Shown: piece by piece, positions 1 to 12,176 of the stretch
How positions within the stretch are numbered: the first letter of the stretch is position 1
Layout: each line of letters begins with the position of its first letter
Source of the DNA: Anthoceros angustus
Taxonomy: Eukaryota > Plantae > Anthocerotophyta
Reading direction: 5' to 3'
DNA: 64,000 bases
NCBI GenBank assembly: GCA_010909165.1
Contig: MU008189.1
Span: 434,001-498,000 of the forward strand
Made by a program: the position numbers and the translations under genes
Notes under the pieces: model-generated
Told to the model about the DNA's origin: nothing
Database searches by the model: none
What the model saw: the letters and a program-made list of their open reading frames with translations, nothing else

Positions 1-1890
1 ATTATGTTCAGACCTGCAGTCGTGTATTCATTTCCATGAAGTAAAACTCTCCCGTAAGAGTATCCACAATAAATTCCACTGTTCCTGCACTTTCATATCC
101 GACAGCCTGTTCAAAGAAACCAGAATCAAGGACGCGGCGTATCTTGCCTGCCAACAGCTACATACTGACAGAAGAGACACAACCAAAATGGAAGAAGGAG
201 GGTGACCTTTGCAGCGTCTACTGCCGCCTGACCAATCCTGTTGCGAAAATCTTCAGTGATGTGAGGCTGCATACAAGCTAAAGAAGCCTCTGTTAGACCA
301 AGTCACAGTTCAGTAACAATGTACTCAGACCACAACGAGTCTTCCCACCAACTCTCGAAAGGCGATCTCATACCGCTGGGGATTCCTCAATAATCTTTTG
401 ATGCCTCCTTTGAACGCTACAATCCCTTTCAAATAAGTGGACAACATTCCCATGCTTGTCCCCAAATATCTGAAACAACACACAATAAGGCTCTTTCAGC
501 TAGTGGCCTGTTGGCTGCTATCTCCTATCTCCAGATGCAGGTCAAACGGGTTGCCCCGCTGCAGCATTCAAGACCAAGTCCGACATTCACCAGGACCAGG
601 AATAAAATGAGTTTGACAGGGACTACCTGCACTTCAATGTGCCTTGGTTGAGACAGGTATTTCTCAATGAGAACGTGATCATTGCCAAAGGCAGATTTTG
701 CCTCACGTTGAGCTCCTGCTAAACTCTCCAAAAACTGGTCTGGATTAGGAACAATCCTCATCCCCTGAAAAATGAAGTATACGATGCATCAGAGTCAAAA
801 CCAAGACCCTACATTTGACTGTAAGCGGCCACCTCCTTTGCTCAACGTACTACAACATACCATATATGGTACCATAAGTGCATATACCTTTCCTCCACCG
901 CCCTGTGTGGCCTTGATCAGCACCGGATACCCAATCCTATCTGCCTCGCGCTTCAGGACTTCAGTGGTCTGATCGTCTCCATGGTATCCAGGCACAACAG
1001 GCACACCCGCAGCAGTCATCAAGCGCTTCGAGACACTGCACACCAAAAAAACCTTCAAAGAATTAACAGAGGTTATAAGAGCATCATAAAAGTGGGACCA
1101 TGATTGTGCATGTTTTCACCTCTTATCTCCCATGTCATTAATGGCAGATGAAGGCGGACCAATGAAGGAAATGCCCTGTTCCTTGCACTTCTCAGCAAAT
1201 TGCATGTTCTCGGAAAGGAACCCGTAACCTGGATGCACTGCCTGAACCAACATGAAATCCACAGCACGTCAGTGGAAAAGCAAACAACTTGGCAGATAAC
1301 TACGCAGATAACTACTCACAAGAGCGAGGCACCCTCACCTGTGCACCAGTCAATTTGGCTGCCGCAAGAATGGCGGAGCCATTGAGATAGCTTGCCGCGG
1401 CAGGAGCCGGGCCTATAAACACTGCCTCATCCGCCTCCCGCACGTGCATTGCCAACCTGTCCTGCTCACTGTACACGGCTACAGTCTTCACTCCCATCCT
1501 CTTGCAAGTCTTTATAACGCGGCATGCGATCTCACCCCGGTTGGCGATCAACAGTTTCTTGATCGGTCCCGCCTTAGGCACATCCAAGCCCCGACCAGAT
1601 CCAACTCCAAAATCCGCGACCCCGCGACCACTAGAGAAATCCTTCACACAGGGAAACCATCTCCCGGGCGCAACGAGCGGATGCAAATCGCGCAGCGAAA
1701 GCTGAGGACGATTCAGCTCAGCGACAACACACAGAGCCCGCACCAGAAAGCCACGAGAATCGAAAACTCGAGACCGGTCGCCTGCTCCACCACACGCTCC
1801 TATACACCGATATCCAGGAAACACAGAAACCACACCCGAACAAGAACGCTGCCCGCACAACACAAGGTGCAGAATTCTTTTGCGGCCCAT
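1..1890 (-). CDS. MCCA: 3-methylcrotonyl-CoA carboxylase alpha subunit (biotin carboxylase domain); multi-exon, 3' part runs off the left edge
   Basis: Spliced minus-strand exons encode [45 protein letters not shown]...[62 protein letters not shown] and [15 protein letters not shown] at 1890 has a strong context (caccATGG). Confidence 0.9.
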
Positions 1891-1978
1891 GGTGACAACG
1901 GCCTAGTCTCAGACAGCAAACGTTTACACCAAATTAACGCATCCACACCACACGCCTCCCGAGGCCCTCCTGCCTGCC

Positions 1979-2161
1979 CTACTTATTCAGCCCAATGCGC
2001 TGCGCGACCGAGGGCTTCAGCGGCTGCTCGTTGCACTGCAGAGACGCGGCCAGCTGCTGCTCCGAGGACATGCCCGCGGCTGTGGCGTTCCTGCGCGCCT
2101 CGTCGTACTCTTGCTTGTCCTCCGCCTTCAGCTCCAGCCGCGTAGGCTTCCGCCGCAACAT
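1979..2161 (-). CDS. CDC26: Anaphase-promoting complex subunit CDC26 (APC12), 60 aa, intronless
   Basis: MLRRKPTRLELKAEDKQEYDEARR...RIGLNK*. The N-terminal MLRRKPT-x-L/I-x-LK-x-ED motif is diagnostic of CDC26, and the C-terminal RIGL matches plant CDC26. It lies within the 1979..2458 ORF of the track. Confidence 0.9.
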   Translation of the reverse strand: MLRRKPTRLELKAEDKQEYDEARRNATAAGMSSEQQLAASLQCNEQPLKPSVAQRIGLNK

Positions 2162-2597
2162 CCTCCTCCTCCTCCTTCCCCTTCTCCCCGCAGCAAGCAC
2201 GCAGCCAAGGAACAAGGAACTAGGAACAACACGCCCAGCTGATGAGGCTGACGAGCTCTTGCCGTTGCCTTCCGTCAGCAGGCTCTCCACAAATATAGAG
2301 GCGAATGTGTATCCCGTTTCTGGAGTTTCGCTACAAATTCTCGATTCAGTGAAAAATACGATATATGCACTAAACCGGATGTGTACGGATATGAAGAAGA
2401 GCCACGTGGGCAGAGAGTGAAGTGGATCTCCACTTGGCTGCTTCTGCGCGTCTGCCACCGACGCTTACACATTTGGCATCGGCCTTGTGCGGTGACTGCA
2501 TTTCCAGCAGATCTCAAGCCTTGAGCTCTTCAGAGCTGCAAATCTCGTCTCCCTTCATTCGGTTTGGAAGACAGGAGTCTCATCCCGCCGTCCCACC
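2162..2597. promoter_or_regulatory. Short divergent intergenic region, probable bidirectional promoter (CDC26/MCCA vs catalase), with a G-box
   Basis: 436 nt separate the two divergent ATGs; gcCACGTGgg lies at about 2401-2410. Confidence 0.45.
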
Positions 2598-4901
2598 ATG
2601 GATCCCAAGGTGCAATCTGTTTCCGAATTCGAGGCTTCCATCTTGTGCAGATCTGAATCAAGCTCGGCTGAAGGATTGCCTGACAAGAGGAGTCTTTGCA
2701 GATGCGGCCTTCGAGTTCGCACAACTCGATGCATTTCACAACCAATCAAGGCGCGCCTGTGTGGAACAACAATTCCTCGCTCACCGTGGGCCCCAGAGGT
2801 GAGGCAATTGCAAGGAATCGTAGCTTGATGTGGAGAGGGAGTGGAGAAGGTTGTTGACGCTGGAGTGATTTGTGTTAAATTGTGAGGTTCGTGCAGGGCC
2901 GGTGTTGCTGGAGGATTACCACCTGGTGGAGAAGCTGGCGCAGTTTGATCGGGAGCGGATCCCGGAGAGAGTGGTGCACGCGCGGGGGTTCTCGGCCAAG
3001 GGATTCTTCGAGGTGACGCACGACGTGTCGCATCTCACGTGCGCGGATTTTCTGAGAGCGCCGGGCGTGCAGACCCCGCTCATCGTGCGCTTCTCCACCG
3101 TCATCCACGAGAGGGGGAGCCCGGAGACGTTGAGGGATCCCCGGGGCTTTGCGGTCAAGTTTTACACCAGGGAGGGTAATTTTGATATGGTTGGGAACAA
3201 CATTCCTGTGTTTTTCATCAGAGATGGGATTCAGGTACGTGTGAAGCTGGTTGTGGTTGGGTTTCGGGGCGGCGGTTGCGTGGTTGGTGCACTGGATTAC
3301 TGGTGGATGGATTGGATGTGCAGTTTCCGGAGATGATTCATGCCCTGAAGCCCAATCCAAGGACGCACATTCAGGAGAGCTGGAGGATAGTGGATTACTT
3401 CTCATTCGTGCCTGAGAGTTGCCACATGTTCACGTTTCTGTTTGATGACTGGGGTATTCCCGCTGATTTTAGGCACATGGAGGGCTTCGGTGTCCATACT
3501 TTTAAGGTAAGGGTGTGACGGTTATGGGGTGATGGAGGGACTGGTAGTGGGACCCGGAGAGACTTGTCGGTGCTCACGGCTTGGATGTGGGTCTGCAGTT
3601 GATCAATAGGGAGGGGAAGGAGACATATGTCAAGTTCCATTGGAAGCCGACCTGTGGGCTTAAGTTTCTACTGGACGATGAGGCCATTGTTGTTGGCGGA
3701 ACTAACCATAGCCATGCCACTAAAGATCTCTATGATTCCATTGCTGAGGGGAACTTCCCAGAGTGGAAGCTGTACATACAGACCATGGACCCAGCGACTG
3801 AGCATCAGTATGAGTTTGATCCACTCGACGATACCAAGACTTGGCCTGAAGACAGGTTTCCTTTGCAGGTATGTACATCTCTCAGCTGTCTCACGCATAT
3901 ACATGGCTGATCTCTTACATCATATACGTTGACTCTTGCGTGTATGTCTGTGTGTGTGGTACCAGCCAGTGGGGCGGATGGTTCTGAACAAGAACATAGA
4001 CAACTTCTTCCATGAGAACGAGCAGCTTGCTTTCTGCCCTGGGGTCATTGTGCCAGGCATCTATTACACGGACGACAAGATGTTTCAGACCAGGATTTTC
4101 TCCTACGCGGACACACAGCGTCACAGGCTGGGTCCGAATTATCTCATGCTACCAGTCAATGCTCCCAAGTGTCCTCATCACAACAATCACCATGAAGGGT
4201 TCATGAATTTCATGCATCGGGATGAGGAGGTAACGAAGGTTACACTCCCCTTTTGTTTGGAGGTTTCGGTATGGATTCCTGACTTGTATTTGTCCGGTAC
4301 AGGTGAACTACTTCCCGTCTCGATATGATCCAACTCGTCATGCACAACGGACCCCTGTACCGCGGAACCAAGTGTCAGGAGTTCGGGACAAGGTCGGAAG
4401 AGTCCTGTCCCAGTATCTGCAATGCGAAACCGTAAGAATGACGATCGTCTTTCGCTAAGTTCGGTTGTGCCCCTGCAGATCAACATAGAAAAGGAGAACA
4501 ACTTCCAGCAGCCCGGAGAACGATACCGCTCTTGGCCGAGCGACAGGTAATGACAAAACAGGCAGTTCGCGTTTTCCTCACGTTGGCTGAGGACAACAGT
4601 TGCCACCCAATGATACGTTTTGAATTTGGTTCCCACAGGCAGGACAGGTTCGTAGAACGCTGGGTGAAAGCTCTCTCGGATCCCAAAGTAACGCACGAGA
4701 TTCGGAGCATTTGGATCTCATACTGGACACAGGTAAGCAGTTTCACAGTGCATTCACTGCAACCCAGCAAATCTTCAGTCACAGCGCTGCTAGACCTGAT
4801 AGCTTGCACACTAACGTTTCTTCTCGCTTTCGATGAATCAGTGCGATAAGGGGCTGGGTCAAAAACTCACCTCCAGGTTGAATGTGAGATCCGCGATCTG
4901 A
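2598..4901 (+). CDS. CAT: Monofunctional heme catalase (plant type), multi-exon
   Basis: Micro-exon MDPK, then MRPSSSHNS...[32 protein letters not shown] (catalytic His), [13 protein letters not shown] and [14 protein letters not shown] (heme-ligand Tyr). The C-terminus is [17 protein letters not shown] introns. Confidence 0.97.
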
Positions 4902-5099
4902 AACCAGGCGTTCATCTCCCCGTTAACTTGCTCGGTTTTGGCAAGTGAAGTTACTAGCTTGTTAGTTTCGGCCAGAGTGTTTGCGCTCCCCTTTTATACA
5001 TAAGGAAAGTCGAGTTTGTGTACAGACATACCTACTGTTTATATAGATCAAATGTGTTACCTGCGTATCGAGTAGGAAACGCACTCTTGTTATTACAGC

Positions 5100-8000
5100 C
5101 CCATGACCCCAACATCGGCGCGATCCGATCCTCCCATGGCATGCTCCATGCGCCATGCCCCATACCCTATGCCCTAAAGGCGCCCTAAGTCGCCGCGATG
5201 CGCTCATGTCTAAAACACTATACCGTACACCATGGGGTGGTTCCGTGGAAATGAAATAAAATTCTAATTTGCTAGAAATCAAAATAGATGCCAGAGGATC
5301 AGTGGTCGAAACACCAAGACCGCTGTGTCGGGAGAGGTCGAGGGAAAGGGGCCGCTGAAGCCGGCTTTTCTCACGGCGGTTTCGCTCAAGCCCGGAATCT
5401 GGGCACGGCGGTTTCCCTTGAGCCCCGGAATCTGGGCCCAGGCAAAAGTTCGGGGCCAGCGCGGGATAGAAGAAGAAGACGAGGGGAATAGAGGGAGTGG
5501 ATGGTGATGGGAATGGCGGTAGGACATGGAGCGTAGGAAATAGGCAATAGGATATAAGAAAAGAAAAGCAAGAAATAAGAAATCAAAACCTCGCGCAAGA
5601 TGGGGTGTATGACATTCAGGGTGTCATTTTGACCCGTCCCAAGCTCGGTCCCGGTCCCGGCATGTGTTAAAAAAAACATGGGACAGGAGGTTCTTTAGGA
5701 CTTTGGTCCTCACTCTCAGTCCCCTATTTTTTTCGGGGACCGAGGGTTCATAAAAGGTTCGGTTTAAAATTAATAAATTATTTAATTTTATATCTAAGAA
5801 TTTATATTTATTATGGACACATGGACCCATCTTATAATTGGTATGGTCATAAAGACACTTACCATGGATGTATGGGCTATGTCTTTATTTATCTAATACC
5901 ATCCATGGCCTATTAATATCGCCTTTATTCTATAAGATTTTATTAGCTTATTTTGATACATCTATAAAAAGTAGATATGTAATATTTTGCTTTGAATGTA
6001 GTTATTAATGTATACAATAATTTGTTGATATGCACGCTCATCCATGAAGATGGACTAAGATATGGTATCTCAACCATAGGCTTACACAGGACTCTTATCA
6101 TGCTATGAATAGACACCCTTCAAGAGTACATAAGGCCACAAAACTAGAATTTGGAGCATCACTCATTGTTGCTCTCCTCATTGTGGTGTGCTTGTTGTTC
6201 TTCTTTCTTGCTTTTTATTCTTCTTCCTTGCTCCTTGTTGTTCTTTCTTAGTAAGAGCTCTTCTTTTTTAGAGCTTATCTCTTTTTGAGCTCTTTAGGTT
6301 TAGAGTTCATTTTTGTTTGAGCTCATCTCTTTTTAAGCTCCTCCCTTTTAAAGCTTTGTTTTTTGGCTCTTCACTTGCTATATTAATTTTTTAAAAATTT
6401 GCGGTAAAGATGGCTCATTTTCTCAAAGTTCAAGATCCGGTTTTTGGAGGGCTCACGTGATGACCAAACAAGGAGTGGCGACAATAGCCAAACAAGCCAA
6501 CCGAGTCAAAAGAGACAAAAGGTAAAAGGCAAGAGTCTTCAAGGAAGAATGGAAGGTTGCATTTCATTGGGTGGAGTTGCTCAATCAATGGAGAATCGAA
6601 TGTTTTGTGTTGTTTGTGAAAAACATGGTCATGGTAGTGGGACAAGGGTCACACTCAAGCTTGGGTAAAAGCAGAATAACTTTAAGAGTGCATTGGAGGA
6701 CCATGCAAGGAGTACATATCATTTAGCATCAAGATGAAGAGCAAGCCAAGGCTCAACAACCAACTATGCAACGAACTTTGGAAATGCATTTTTCCAAAAG
6801 GATAAGGAGATTCTCAACTTGTTGAAGTTCGCTATTTCATTGCTAAGAAGGATTTGAGTTTCCATACGAGGACCTTTGAGAGTTCATGGGGATATTGGAG
6901 TGGAAGGCATTCCAGGTGAAGACATATGGTTCATATCTGAGATAGTGCTTGCAAAGAGCATGTGGTTCTCATAGCCAATTTTTTACGAACAATGTAAGAG
7001 AGGTTATGCAAGTCCATGGTATGATACTTATAGATGAGGATGCATAGATGGTGCAACACATAATTATTTTATGATATATGATAACGGAGTTTTGAAGCTA
7101 GCCAGCCAACAAGTGCACGCGGAAGGGATCTTCAACGCCTTGGTTGAGCAATTGCAACTCTTTTGATCGGACATCAAAAAGTGGATTTGCTATGGAGCAT
7201 CATGATTGGCGGGAGCCAAGGAGATCACAATGTGAAGTCATGAATGTGAATCCGTATTTTGCTCAAACTCATTGTGTTGCTCAACGGCGCTTGCAGAGAG
7301 GCAGATCCAAGGTTCCGACTTTGAGGGACAAGATTGTCAAGAAATTGCACGCTTTCATCATTCAAGTAAGAAGACTACGGCTGAATTGCAAGTGCAATTA
7401 GAAATGCAAGTCTTAATCATTGTGAATTCATGATGTCCGTTGGTTGTCTAGAGGTCAAGCCATAAGTAGAATAGTTTGTCTATTACCGACTTTACTTAAA
7501 TTTGCTCAAGAGGATGAGAGCCTAAATTGGCCAATAAGGGTCCAAGTAGTTCTTCTTTGCAAGACTATCTTCCAAGCTTTACTAACTACTAAGGCCTTGT
7601 TTTCATTTCACTTTTATCGATATTTTAGAGGTCCTTAATTCCTTGAATACTAACTTTCAACGTGATTATCCGGAGCCGCTTAGCATAGCTCCCTCATAGA
7701 TTCTATGTTGTTTGTGAAAAACATGGTCATGGTGTAGTGGGACAAGCTAATGCGACTCAAGCTTGGGTAAAAGTTGGCGTCGAACTTTCGGAAGAGTGCA
7801 TTGGAGGACCATGCAGGAGTACATATCATTTAGCGTCAAAAGATGGAGCAAGCCCAAGCCAAGGCTCAACAACCAACCATGCAACTTTGGAAATGCATTT
7901 TTCCAAAAGGATAAAGATTCTCAACTTGTTGAAGTTCGCTATTTCATTGCTAAGAAGGATTTGAGTTTCCATATACGAGGACCTTTGTGAGTTCATGGGG

Positions 8001-9530
8001 ATATTGGAGTGGAAGGCATTCCGGAGGTGAAGACATATGGTTCATATCTTAGAGATAGTGCTTGCAAGAGCATGTGGTTCTCATAGCCAATTTTCGTGAA
8101 CAACGGAAGGAGAGGTTGCGTGCAAGTCCATGGTATGGATACTACTTATAGATGAGAGAGACAAGGCGATGGTGCAACACATAATTATATGTGTATTATT
8201 TGCATAATGGGGAAATGCGAGTTTTGAAGCTAGCCAACATAACAAGTGCAGTGCGGAAGGGATCTTCAACGCCTTGGTTGAGCAATTGCAACTCTTTGAT
8301 GGACATCAAAAAATGAGTGGATTTGCAAGCGATGGAGCATCGTGATTGGCGAAGGCCAAGGAGATCACAATGTTGTGAAGTTTCGGAATGTGAATCCGTA
8401 TTTTGCTCAAACTCATTGTGTTGCTCACCTTGCCGACATCCAAGGTTCACTTTGAGGTGGCGGACAAGATTGTCAAGAAATTGCATCGCTTTCATCATTC
8501 AAGTAAGAAGACTACGACGAATTGCAAGTGCAATTAAATGCAAGTCTTAAGCTTGTCGAATTCATGATGTCCATTGGTTGTCTAGAGGTCAAGCCATGAG
8601 TAGAATAGTTTGTCTATTACCGACTTTACTTAAATTTGCTCAAGGATGAGAGCCTAAATTGGCCAATAAGGGTCCAAGTAGTTCTTCTTCTTTGCGGAAA
8701 TCTTCCAAGCTTTACTAACTACTAAGGCCTTGTTTTCATTTCACTTTTATCGGATATTTTAGAGGTCCTTAATTCCTTGAATACTAACTTTCAACGTGAT
8801 TATCGGAGCCGATTAGCATAGCTCCCTCATAGATTCTATTGTTGAAGGTCAAAAGTATGTATAAAGTTGATAGGGTGAGTATGGGAAGTAGAAAGCTTTC
8901 TCTTTCATTGAAAACTTGAAAAAAGTCATGGAGTGTATAAGGGTTTTGTAATATCTGACTACTCTGAAAGTGAACTAAGTTCTTGCATTGCTAGTACTAA
9001 CAAATATGCTTTAGCTGTTGTTGATGCAAAGAATAATAAGTTTCCTGATCTTTGTGTGTTGCATGCTTGTCGTCTATTCAGTCCTAAATTTTATCCTGAA
9101 GATGCAGATGGGCGTATACATTTAGTTAATAGTTTGTTAGAGGTATTGTTGAAAAAGTTTGGAACTAACTCTTTGGATGCAAATACTAATGTAATCGACC
9201 CTTTTGTAGTTGATGAGGTGTGTAAAGTTGAGTTGCTAACATTTGTGTCCATCTTGAAGTCTTCTTGAGCTGGATTGAGTATGTTGACTTACAAAATATA
9301 CTCAACAACTCGGAGTGGGTAATCTTGACACCCTCTATATCTTTTAATTATGTTTGGTCATACCTTGTAATCTTATATATGTAGCGGGATTTTCTAAACA
9401 AAACTTTGTGATGAATAACATGAGAACTAATCTTAATATTTTGACCCTTGATGCATTGATGAGTATATCCATCAATGGTCCGCCTGTTAAGGAGATAGAT
9501 CGGAATGGTATTTTTAAAGCTTGGAAAGAC
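5100..9530 (+). mobile_element. Degenerate hAT-superfamily DNA transposon (ZNF862-like transposase pseudogene, about 6410-9530); ends approximate
   Basis: Frameshifted remnants: F-C-x2-C zinc finger, WYG-x-L-IDE (first catalytic D), AQTHCVAH (CxxH), HDVRWLSRGQA and GFSKQNFVMNNMRTNL...LDALMSISINGP (hAT dimerisation domain). AT-rich body with GC-rich GGGAC/GTCCC motifs in the flanks. Confidence 0.75.
6608..8844 (+). repeat. About 1.1-kb tandem duplication inside the hAT transposase (6608-7705 and 7706-8844)
   Basis: Both copies start TGTTGTTTGTGAAAAACATGG and end CCCTCATAGATTCTA, with TGTTG microhomology at the junction. They differ mainly by small deletions. Confidence 0.9.
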
Positions 9531-9840
9531 CAAGAAGAAGAAGAAGAATTTTATTTTAGTCCACTACGGACGGATTTCGGTCATGGGACTTGGTACTTCA
9601 CAACTTGTAAGAGTCATGGGACTTGGTACTTAACAACTTGTACCAGTCATGGGACTTGGTACTTAACAACTTGTACCAGTCATGGGACTTGGTACTTAAC
9701 AACTTGTACCATGGTGTGCCTAAGCTACTTGCACCAAGGGCATCCACTCCCTTTAGGCACCCCATCTAAGTACCGATCCAAGCTCAGGATGCTTAATCAC
9801 GGCATCGTTATAAATGTGTGTCCACACCAGTCCCGACGAT
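9530..9840 (-). mobile_element. 3' end of a (TTC)n-tailed retroposon-like dispersed repeat
   Basis: The minus strand ends GTGGACTAAAATAAAA(TTC)n. Homologous sequence occurs at about 32860-32935 and 47520-47660. Confidence 0.5.
9580..9711 (+). repeat. 33-bp minisatellite, 4 copies, inside a dispersed repeat
   Basis: GTCATGGGACTTGGTACTTAACAACTTGTACCA units start at 9580, 9613, 9646 and 9679, with no spacers. Confidence 0.92.
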
Positions 9841-10141
9841 AGAATATACTAGACATTTATATTTTTATATTATTATTTATGAATTATTTATTTACTATTT
9901 GTTATATTTAGTGACCAAGGGTCGCAAAAAGGCACGGCCCCTGCTCGGTCCGGACCGAGCGTAGCCAGGCTAGGCGGTCCCGGGGACTGAGATAGTACTC
10001 GGTCAAAATGAACAAACACTGTATGTTCGACCTCGGTTCAAAGAGAGTCTGGCTACGTCTTTGGATTTTCGACTGGGAATCAGCCCGGAAGTTTTGTGGT
10101 TGGTAGTTCTTCCGAAGGCTGGTGGTGGAATTAGGTCCCAC

Positions 10142-11732
10142 TCAACTCATGCCAGTCGGTCTCGACTTCCTCTCATGTGAGCAGGGGCGAATTAAGTTAC
10201 GGCTGCACAGCGACGTAGTTTGAGAGGGAGACCCAAACGATATGAGCCACCTCTCTACATCTCGCTTCTTCGCGAGCAGGGCACCTTCATTTTGTCTTTC
10301 AACTGTGAACGGGCTTTGCATGCATCCTAGAATACCGATTACCATACCCTTGACCAAGGATTTGCCTTGGACTTCACTATGCCTGCCCCACCCGGTAACC
10401 ACTTCAATGACCCCGGAAGAGATTGCATCGGCTTCATTGTCCCGTAAAGGCCCATGTAATCTTTGCAGCCAGAGCAAGAGCGTCATGAGGGCAGTACCCA
10501 ACTCCATTCCGTGGAGATCAATTCGGGAGGGTTGCACAACTGCGTCCGCCATTAGACCACGGGCGAGCAACTCCCGCACCACCGTCAGCTCCCCGTCTTC
10601 AGCGTACAAACTCTGCAGCACGAGAACAAGGTTCTCTGGACATCGTGATAACTGCTTCAGGACAGCTGCAGGTGTTGGTGGTACATCTCCTCTGATCAGC
10701 ACCCTGAGCCTCTCCAAGACTGCATCCGAGAAGATGACCTTCATTTCACCTTCACAATGCAGGCTGCTGGCCATCAAAGTAAGCACCGGGCAAGCCTTAG
10801 AAACAGCATTCCAGGTACGCACGGATGGTGAAACTCCTGAAGCAGCCATCATGTGCATGATGTGCACCATTTGGTCATACTGCTTGGCCTGCGAGTAGGC
10901 AGCAAGATTCATGTTAAAAGCCGCCCGATCCACCTCCAACCCTAAACTCCTCATCTCCGTGAACACCACCTCCATCTCTCCCAGCAATGCGCTCTTCCCG
11001 AAGGCCTCAAGCACCACCTTGAAGTCATCCGAAGACGGCCGGATCCCTGCCGCCTTCATACCCGCCAACACCTTTTCCGCTTCGAAGGGAAGCTCCAACA
11101 CACTGTACGCCCGGAGCAACGCTCGCTGGCTCATCACCGCAGCACTTCCAGCCTCCCGCATCTCCTCATACACTCCCACCAGGCGCTCGCGAAGGCCGCA
11201 CCGCGCATAGCTCTCGATCAGCGCACACTTCAATCGCAACCTTTGCCCCGCACTCTGCCCCGCCGAGACCTGGAGACACAGGGTTTCCGCCTCCTCAACC
11301 CGCTCCATCTTGGTGAGCACAGCCACCAGCCGCGCCTGCAAGGCCACATTGTCCCTGTACCACGCCCCTTCCTGGCCGCTGCGATACACCTTCAACCACC
11401 ATCTGGCAAGATCCCATCAGCTCGCAACACACCTTGCTGCAAGACCCGGAAACGCAGGGCGAAGACGCACCATGAGAGCCAGCTCCCACTCGTCCTGATC
11501 CAGCAGCGCGTGCAGGAGCTCCAGATGAACAGGCCGGGCAGCCCGTGCGCCCGCCGAGCCAGCCCCGCCGCGCCGCCGGCGATGGGGCCATGTGCAGCTG
11601 CTCCAACGCCCGCTGCGCCCGCTTGCTCAACCGCGTCCTGCTTCCTTCCACAGCTGCGGCCCGCGGCAGCGTCGCGCTAGCGCGAGCCGCAGCGCCATGG
11701 CCAGGAGCTTCAACCGCCAAAAGCCACGCCAA
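10142..11732 (-). CDS. PPR protein with C-terminal Smr domain (PPR-SMR); 5' end uncertain, apparent frameshift near 11550-11580
   Basis: PPR-like helices (ALIESYARCG, FKVVLEAFGKSALLGEMEVVFTEM, FNMNLAAYSQAKQYDQM, PSVRTWNAV) and Smr motifs IDLHGM, VVTGWGRHS and NEGALLA. An upstream exon HLELLHALLDQDEWELALM is joined by a GT-AG intron. Confidence 0.85.
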
Positions 11733-12176
11733 TAAAAACGACGGACATAAGACTTGGCCGCTTCACCCGCCTTGTCCAACGGGAAGAAGCGAGCCTGCGT
11801 GGTTTGAAGTTGAACTGCTCTGAAGCTCGCGATGCCCGCGCTTGAAGAAGATGTCGGTGCAGGCGGCGGGAACTGCGCAACGCACGTGCTCTATGGCGGA
11901 GAGTTGAAGCTACCTCCTCCTGCGTTTTACGCGCTGGCAGGCGGATAAATTTGTCCCGAGGCAGCAGCGGCCCCAGGTTTGCGCAGGTGCTACATCTTTT
12001 GCTAGAATTGCAGGTTCCATATGCAGCCCGAAGAAAGCAGGTGTTGCAACGTGCAAGCACGACGGGGCTACTCCTGTAAAGTGTGCATCTGTATTTGAAG
12101 TTACATCCGGAGCATGTGTGCTACAGGAGGATGTTTGCTGTAGGAGTTCGATCGGACGGTTGCTACCGCCACCGTC

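Noticed and set aside
1979-2458. 159-aa ORF as the full CDC26 protein
   Set aside because: CDC26 proteins begin at MLRRKPT; the upstream 99 codons cross the presumed promoter and show no recognisable features.
9580-9711. 33-bp repeats as a CRISPR array
   Set aside because: The units are head-to-tail with no unique spacers, there are no cas genes, and the context is eukaryotic.
5299-10036. CAGTGGTCGAA / TTCGACCTCGG as hAT terminal inverted repeats
   Set aside because: Only 9 of 11 positions match and the flanking 8-mers are not duplicated, so the element ends remain undefined.
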